From contig CAVXYC010000014.1 of assembly GCA_963765765.1 (NCBI GenBank), forward strand, positions 64,001-128,000: DNA of 64,000 nucleotides. The letters are read 5' to 3'. The notes beneath the pieces are model-generated. The model ran no database searches, had not been told where the DNA came from, and worked only from the letters and a program-made list of their open reading frames with translations. The position numbers and the translations under genes are program-made. Below are positions 63,674-64,000 of the stretch, one piece after another. Position 1 is the first letter of the stretch; each line of letters begins with the position of its first letter. Source of the stretch: an uncultured Chloroflexia bacterium. GTDB lineage: Bacteria; Chloroflexota; UBA6077; JACCZL01.

Positions 63674-64000
63674 ATGATGCTCAAGGCCTTTCCTCATCTG
63701 GCAATAGTCGGAGCGTTGACTATCACCCTTGCTGCATGCCAGCCTCCGATGGCGCCGTCTCCTACCGCCGCGCCCAAGGCGGTGGCGCCAGCCACGACGG
63801 CGCCGGCTAAACCGGACGTCGCAGCTCCCGCGGCCAAATCGGAACCTGCCGCCGCCAAGCCGGCCGAGAGCTCGACTTCGGTCTCGGAGCAGGCGATCAC
63901 GGCCGCCGGGGACAAGTACTACGAAGCGGCGAAGAAGGAAGGCAAGGTCATCATCTATGGCAACAGCCTGACTCCCGAGCTCTTCGACACAACGAAGGCA
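63674..64000 (+). CDS. ABC transporter substrate-binding lipoprotein, runs off the window
   Basis: AAAGGA RBS; MMLKAF..LAAC lipobox, Pro/Ala/Lys linker, YEAAKKEGKVIIYG. Confidence 0.8.
   Translation, partial: MMLKAFPHLAIVGALTITLAACQPPMAPSPTAAPKAVAPATTAPAKPDVAAPAAKSEPAAAKPAESSTSVSEQAITAAGDKYYEAAKKEGKVIIYGNSLTPELFDTTKA

Overview
High-GC bacterial chromosome segment, most consistent with Chloroflexota (inferred from cdaA-cdaR, several GT-C membrane glycosyltransferases, Pro/Thr-rich secreted proteins and an LAAC-lipobox ABC binding protein). Bases 1-42.2 kb are backbone: PIG-L deacetylase, lhgO, SNase-zincin fusion, rarA, M20 amidohydrolase, fused LutB-LutA, class V aminotransferase, Tat intradiol dioxygenase, lysyl oxidase, an OmpR/HK pair, argF-cdaA-cdaR-der, an orphan RND permease, MDMPI and LLM enzymes, four GT-C-like genes, a sarcosine-oxidase-like flavoprotein, two tandem Mo-hydroxylase large subunits with MmgE/PrpD, and a Tat GH5-like hydrolase. 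A tRNA(CAT) at 42364-42438 is an integration hotspot. A 4.5 kb decayed element is bounded by a 47-bp direct repeat and carries a truncated tyrosine integrase and recognisable arm-type repeats. A second integrase remnant with the same end layout follows at once and opens a long patchwork of decayed cargo. Near the right end is a compact candidate signalling module: a Crp regulator, a class III cyclase-STAND ATPase-TPR gene, and a divergent small orphan gene whose promoter has two perfect TGTGA-N6-TCACA boxes. Single-base frameshifts are frequent, even in der, so many are probably long-read sequencing errors. All calls come from reading motifs by eye; no database search was run.
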